From: Trichinella spiralis
Lineage: Eukaryota
DNA length: 64,000 nt
Reading direction: 5' to 3'
Assembly (NCBI RefSeq): GCF_000181795.1
Contig: NW_003526943.1
Location: 3,030,707 to 3,094,706 of the forward strand
A program made the translations under genes and the position numbers. Position 1 is the stretch's first letter. Every line of letters starts with the position of its first letter. This document shows, in pieces, positions 57,714 to 64,000 of this stretch. Under the pieces are notes generated by a model. The model made no database searches, was not told where the DNA came from, and worked only from the letters and a program-made list of their open reading frames with translations.

Positions 57714-58619
57714 CCAAGCACCAACAACATACATTATCATCTACCTTTGATTGATTTAGAAATTTTTGCTTAAATTTCGTTTGCTAAAAAAAATAAAACA
57801 AAAGTTCTCAACAATATCTGTCTATTATTAACAATGCAAACATGTCCGTGGTGAGCAAATTCAAATTTGATTGAAACGACACTAGTGTCGCGACGCATCT
57901 TTTCACATACGGGGACAAGCAATGGAAATTTTCATTCAACTACAACAAGCCAAGTGATAAATTTTCAAATATAGAAAAAAAAGCCCACCGGCTCCAGGCA
58001 CGGAAAGAGCAAAAAATAAAAAATTACAGGCCTTCAACACTGTCAGTCGCACGTTGTGAGTCGTGAGAAAAATAAAAACGGTAAAACAAACATGGTAAAG
58101 CACCAATAATTAAATTGAGTTGAATTAAACTGAATTGAATTGAATTATTCAAATTAAATAAGACGACGTCTGGCTGCGTGGAAATGTAAGTGATGAGATA
58201 AGGTCGGTGGTCGACTTTGCCAGCAGAGACCGCAGGGAACACGCAGCAAATGACACGTAGGCAGAAGGGAAATGGCAACAAACCAAAAAAAAACAAACAA
58301 ATAAACAAACAAACAGGCAAAACAACTTAGAATCAAATTATAAATAAAATTGCCCAATTTTGCTTTCTTTCGTCAAAAACCAATGCGTGACAAAAAATAA
58401 ATCTAAGAAGAGGAAGATGTAAAGCGCGAGCATAGGAAAAAAACTACGCACTGTCCGTCCATCCTTCCCTCGCCGTTTGGATTGGATGGATATTGGATTG
58501 CATGGCCATTTTTTTGTTCCACCGATTGATTTACAAATTTTGACTGGGATGAGCTGCTTATTTTGATATGCATAATATCTTGGCACATCAATACTGTCAG
58601 TCCATGTTGGCGACACAAA

Positions 58620-59425
58620 TCAAGCCGGCTCTGAGCTGATGCTCAAGCGCAACGGTTGTATTTCTGACTCCTCAGCGAGGGGTAAAACAGGTATAGCAGT
58701 TGCACCAAGCAGGACGTTCAGTTTGTTTCTAAACAGTGAAAAGTAGAATATATAATAAATGAAAATATTTTTATTAATATAATATTTTCCCAAAACAACA
58801 AATTTACCTGAAATTTGAGACCTGCGGCAGTTGGCCTTTGGCGTTCATGAGTTTTTGAACCCGATGTGCTGAATGTTGGACTATTTTCTGCGCTCGCTTT
58901 GGATTCGATTCGTCGTTGGCAAAACTGTTGTCAACATACCTCTCCAAGCTTTGCAGCAGTTCCTCGTAGTCACCAAGCCACGGTGGTAAACCTGGCTCAC
59001 CGTCGGCTTTCCACTTTTCAACAGCGGCCACAAACGCAGCCAACTGTTCAAGTGCTTCCTAGAAATTTACAAAAGTAAAATCAAACACATAAACACCGTT
59101 ATTTTAAATGCACGTGTGCACGTATGTATGCTTACTTTTTCACGTTGCAATTTCATTTTCGTCGCCTGAACGTCCAGTTCCATTTCGACCGTCGTCGCGT
59201 AGCGACGGCAATCGGCTGCAGCAGTGGGGGGGCGTGGTTCGCTTGATCACCGGCGGATGGCGCCTTCTGGTCGGACCGAACCGCTTCCACCGGAGGCTTC
59301 TTCGTTCGGGGATGTTGCGACGGAAACGGTTCGGAACCAATTGGGGCTCAAAACGCTGGAATCGCTTCCGCTTTTGTTCAGTCAAACTCCCTCCCATCTG
59401 AGAAAAAGCCGACGTCCTTGTGGGA
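58620..59425 (-). CDS. Unidentified spliced gene fragment running into the assembly gap
   Basis: GC-rich exon-like blocks with GTAAG/TAG junctions: ..ELDVQATKMKLQREK|EALEQLAAFVAAVEKWKADGEPGLPPWLGDYEELLQSLERY..; the upstream block has no single open frame. Confidence 0.5.
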
Positions 59426-59443
59426 NNNNNNNNNNNNNNNNNN
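59426..59443. other. Assembly gap (18 N)
   Basis: N run in the sequence. Confidence 1.
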
Positions 59444-60771
59444 ATTTATATGACAAGTGAAGCAACTGTTGGCTGACATTTCTTTTGAACAGTATTTTTG
59501 CACTCGCATGGATAAATAAAAGTGAAGCACTTCGAAAGCAGAAAGGAAGCGATGGACAGCACCAAGCAGAATAGCAGTTAAAGCTGCTTCAAATTCACTC
59601 TGAAGTGGACAGCGCATACTTTGATGTTAGCATTTGTGCGCCATTTGTCTGTGATTAATAATCTTCTGTCAACATCAACAAAAGGCATTGGTGCCACAAC
59701 GAATATCGCAAGTTGATCTTCGATTGTAGATAAAATGAAAAATGAAAACTAAATGTTGTTTCAAAATGATTATTTAAAATGGAATTTAATCCGTCAAATT
59801 TATTTTCCTGTTTGGTCTTGCGTTTGAGTTCAGTTTCAAAGAAAATTCAAGACTGCAAATGCTATTTTATTATGTGAACAATGAAATGTGAAACTGAAGA
59901 ATCATTAATGTTATTGACTAAGATAACCACTTATTTAAAGCCATATTCAAATATTGCAAGACATCTTCTTAAATGTTGCTCTTAACAACATACCCAAAGA
60001 ATATTATGCAAATATAAAGAAGTTAAACATTAGTTTTAAGCATATTAACTTTGTTATTGTTATAATTCCTTTAACGCAATAAAAGACAGCTAACACCATA
60101 TCTTAAAAAGCTGTGTTTAAAAAATAGTAAATGCTTTTTTATGTCCATGTACGGTATTTTAATGGTAATGCACCCATATTTGGAAAAGAGTAGATAAACA
60201 ACAATCACCCAATTCTTGATCACAGCTGAATAGCTAATCAAATGGCAAAGTCATTCACCCAATCACTTATCATAATGATTAGCTAATAAAATAGTAGAAG
60301 TCATTAGCCAATTACCGATCAATCGCGTGAAACCTATCAGCGTACAGCCAATCACAAAAAGGGGACGGAGCTTGGGGGAAAATGGGATGCGGATGAGTTC
60401 AGACTAGCCCATCTACTCAGAGCAGCAACTGAACACTGAAACAAAGTAGGTGGCTACTGCGTGTTTCAGAAAATACATACTGCTCAGAAGCCGCATTAAA
60501 TTTTTAAATGCATATTTGAGTAAACTGATGATCAACAATATCGAAAACGGGATGCTGGATTTGGGAAACTTTTTTCACCGCGCTTGTTGTTGTTGAAATT
60601 ACATGAAATCTCACATTACTACTTCTTTCTCAACCTATCAGTGGAGAATTTTTCAAATACGTTTTGCACTTCTGGAATTTTTTTGAATTAAAAAATAATA
60701 ACTGCTCAAATTTGTTCGAAATATTTAATGAATCGTTCAAAATTTTTCAGCTTGCTCTTCAAAATCAGCTA

Positions 60772-63126
60772 TTATTGCATGCCCTTGGGAATATTTGCAG
60801 ATCGACTGGGAGTTCTGATGGTCTCGTCGACAGATAGAATTAAACAAGCTGCTTCGGTGGCTGCAGCGACGGCGTTCGCTTTCACAATCGCAGGTTCCCA
60901 AACAAACGCTTCGATGTTGTCCACAACATTTGATTCGGCCAAATTAATTCCCGCTGACGGTTGTCCTAAACAACAAATTATTCATATAAATATCTACATT
61001 TTTTGCAAAATATTATTCATTCGCCTGGGATAAGAGAAGAGAAAAGAAGAAAAAACCAATATTTCATAAAAAAGTACCCACCCGCAGCGTGCAGTTCGCG
61101 CAGTTTGTTCAATATTTTTGTCGAATCCATTCCAGCGTTGAAGCACAACTGTCGTGGTATTACTTCAAATGCTTTCGCGTAAGCGGCTACAAAAAATTGA
61201 TCTCTGTCTTTGATTTCCAAAGCCACTTTGCGCAAACGATTGCACACTTCCATCTCAAATGCACCGCCACCTGAGGTAAAATATACTTTTTTACTTAAAA
61301 AATAAAAATAATTGAAAATGAGAAAAGAAATAAAAACCTGCGACAATTTTATCATTTTTCAACGCTCGTCGCACGATCATGATCGCGTCGTGAATGGAAC
61401 GTTCCGTCTCTTCCATGAACTGTTCAGCGCCTCCACGAATCAAAAATGTGCAAGTTTTCGCCTTTGCTTCACCAGTGAATATGTTGTATCTTTAATTTGA
61501 AAATTAAAAAAAATAAACCTTTCCAAATTCAAATTTGCATTTTACCGATCACCGCCGATCTGTTTCTCCTGGAACATTGCACACGAACCCAACATATCCG
61601 GAGTTATGTTGGATACTGTACTAATGATCGATCCGCCACAAGCAGCCATAGTTCGTTCCAAGTCAAGTGCTTCCACTCTTCCAGCACAGAACATGTCCCT
61701 TCAAATTCAACGCCGATTAAAAATATTTGCAAAATAAAAATAAACAAACAAATAAACAAACCTATCCGCAAACCACTGAGTAGCTACATCGCCAATTGGT
61801 AGTCTTGAAAGAACGACATTGACGCCAAGTTCGTGCAATTTTTCCAACTTTTGATACAAAATTTGCCATTCCGCATCAACTATCAACTGATATTCCTTTG
61901 AAAACAAGAAAAAGCATCCGGATAAACAAACAAACAAACAATATGCACAAAAAAGTTGCACAACAATGCATACTTGAACATTTTTGATCTGCATTTCTGC
62001 GTTCTCCCTTTCAGCTTTCAGTTCCAATTCAATATTCAGTAGAGCAATCTTCGGATTAACGTAAGTTTTCGGTTGCATTTCAAAGCCAGCATAGGAGAAT
62101 GTTTTTTTAAACGCCACTCCAAGAATCAATTCCGATTCCTAAACAGAATTATTATTCCCCCGCAGTTGGGGAAGAACTGTATTCAGTTTTGTTTTACGTC
62201 CACAGAACCGCCTCGTATTTTCTTTATGCCTAGCATGTTCAACGGCATTGAGTCGTCAAGATGCATGACTGCCTGGACAATCAGTTCAGCGAAATGCTGC
62301 TTCTGAGTAGCCACCAGTTTCGAACTCAACGTCGTACATGCGCACTTGATAAGCAACTCTTTCTTCGACATCCCTCTGCAATAGGAAAACTTTATGCATA
62401 TGCAAAATTCGATAAAAAACATTACAACAACACAAATGAGATACTTTTTTCCACCGATCTCAATGCTTTCTCCTTTGACATCAACTGCAACATCGTTCAC
62501 CACTTGCAACGCCTAAAAAAAGCAATTAATTAACAAAAATGACAATAACAATTAAAAAATCATTTTAAAAAATAACAATTTATTACATATTTCGAAGCTT
62601 TTCTGTAAGCGTTGATGATAACTTGCGGATGTATGCCTTCGTCAATGAACGGCTTAGACATTGCCAACAGTTCCGCTGCCAAGAGCACGACAGTGGTCGT
62701 GCCATCTCCAATCTGAAAAATATGAAATAAACAATAACACAACAATGCATTGAAAAAAAATACATAAAAGCGATCAAATCAACCTCTGCATCTTGAGATT
62801 TTGCCAGGTCAACGAGTACATTCGCTGCAGGTAAAGCTACTTCGAGCGCTTTCAGAATTGTAGCACCGTCGTTGGAAATGATGGTGGTGCCTGTTTAATT
62901 TTAAACACAATCGTGAAATTATAGATCAAAAACAGCATAAACAAACAGATTGTGAAAAAGATATCTAACCACTGTTTTGGACGATCATTTTGTCAAGACC
63001 ACGAGGTCCCAGTGTTGTCTTGATGGTGTCAGCAATGGCTTGGCATGCTTGAATGTTGCCAATAATGTGTCGCTTACCTTTAGCCTGTTCAGTACCTGGT
63101 TTGAAAAGAATTATCGGAGCTGACAT
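60772..63126 (-). CDS. CCT7: T-complex protein 1 subunit eta (multi-exon)
   Basis: [78 protein letters not shown]. Confidence 0.97.
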
Positions 63127-63561
63127 TGTTCGTCGAACTGAAAAAACAAAATCCAACAAAATAATAATAATAATCAAACAGAGATGTGCAAGTTGAAAAA
63201 TATGAAACGCAGCACAACGTCATAGCAGGGAAAGAAAAAGGCAATCGGAAGCAGTTTTGTTGAATTCATTTAATTTCTCTGATGCAACCAACCTACAGTA
63301 ATTTAAGGACACATAAAGCAAAAACTGCAAACCACCCTTAAATGCCATCTATACAGATGATGCTGCCCACTTGCGAACGCTGTCCAACAGGCTCCCGCGC
63401 TCTTCGACCTGCATCGCCATTCAACCGCACATCACATAATCTGAACTGAGAAATAAGAGAAAAAACTAATAAAAATCAACATAACAACAATTGGAAAAAT
63501 TAAAAAAAATTTTTATCTCACCTATTTAATTAAATATTGCCGGTACTTGTAAAAACATTTC

Positions 63562-63592
<31 letters not shown>

Positions 63593-63711
63593 GTATGTAT
63601 GTATATGTATACATATACAACAAGCATGTGCACAATAAATAATAATAATAATAATAATAGAAAAAAAGATTAAATGCCCAAAAAATGTCGCAGTCTGCAT
63701 TTTCCTCCTAC

Positions 63712-64000
63712 TCAATCAACATTACTGATCTCTTTTGACGTGCCTGCCTTTTCCAGCTGGTCCAAGTAGCGTTCTAACACCTTTTCGCGTTCTGACGGCA
63801 CGCACTCCAATACCAAATATCGTTCATCATTCTTAATAGAAAAATGAAAAATGCACCAATTTATTAATAATTAAGACTCTTACTTCTAAAATACTCAAAA
63901 TATCGGTCAGATGCTGTTCACTTTCAAGCATCATTTTTTTCGATCTAAAAAATAAAAATCTTTTAAAATCCTATTAGATTAAAACAAAAACAACCCTTCA
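63712..64000 (-). CDS. TCERG1: 3' end of transcription elongation regulator 1 (last FF domain)
   Basis: KKMMLESEQHLTDILSILE|NDERYLVLECVPSEREKVLERYLDQLEK matches the TCERG1 C-terminal FF repeat; the stop position assumes no further splice. Confidence 0.8.

Overview
AT-rich, gene-dense eukaryotic genomic DNA with many short introns. Two major-sperm-protein-family genes point to a nematode; a Trichinella-like clade I species is my inference, not verified. Gene order: SMG-1 kinase (-, runs off the left edge), a decayed piggyBac carrying nested LTR insertions, MSP copy 1, RPA43-like (-), mitochondrial thioredoxin (+), cytosolic leucyl-tRNA synthetase (-), ARHGEF17-like RhoGEF (+), a small POLR1D-isoform-2-like gene (+), STARD3 (-), CDK4/6-like kinase (+), a pogo-type MITE, MSP copy 2, a second piggyBac with a nested Tigger remnant, RPL29 (-), an AMPA-type glutamate receptor (+), an unidentified gene fragment beside an 18-N gap, CCT7 (-) and the 3' end of TCERG1 (-). 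I found no clearly novel multi-gene system. The best leads are the near-identical MSP pair sharing a piggyBac-end-like upstream motif, the stand-alone POLR1D-isoform-2-like gene, repeated GAG splice acceptors, an altered ligand pocket in the iGluR, and a CCAAT-box array. All identifications come from motif recognition, with no database search; multi-exon CDS coordinates are outer spans.
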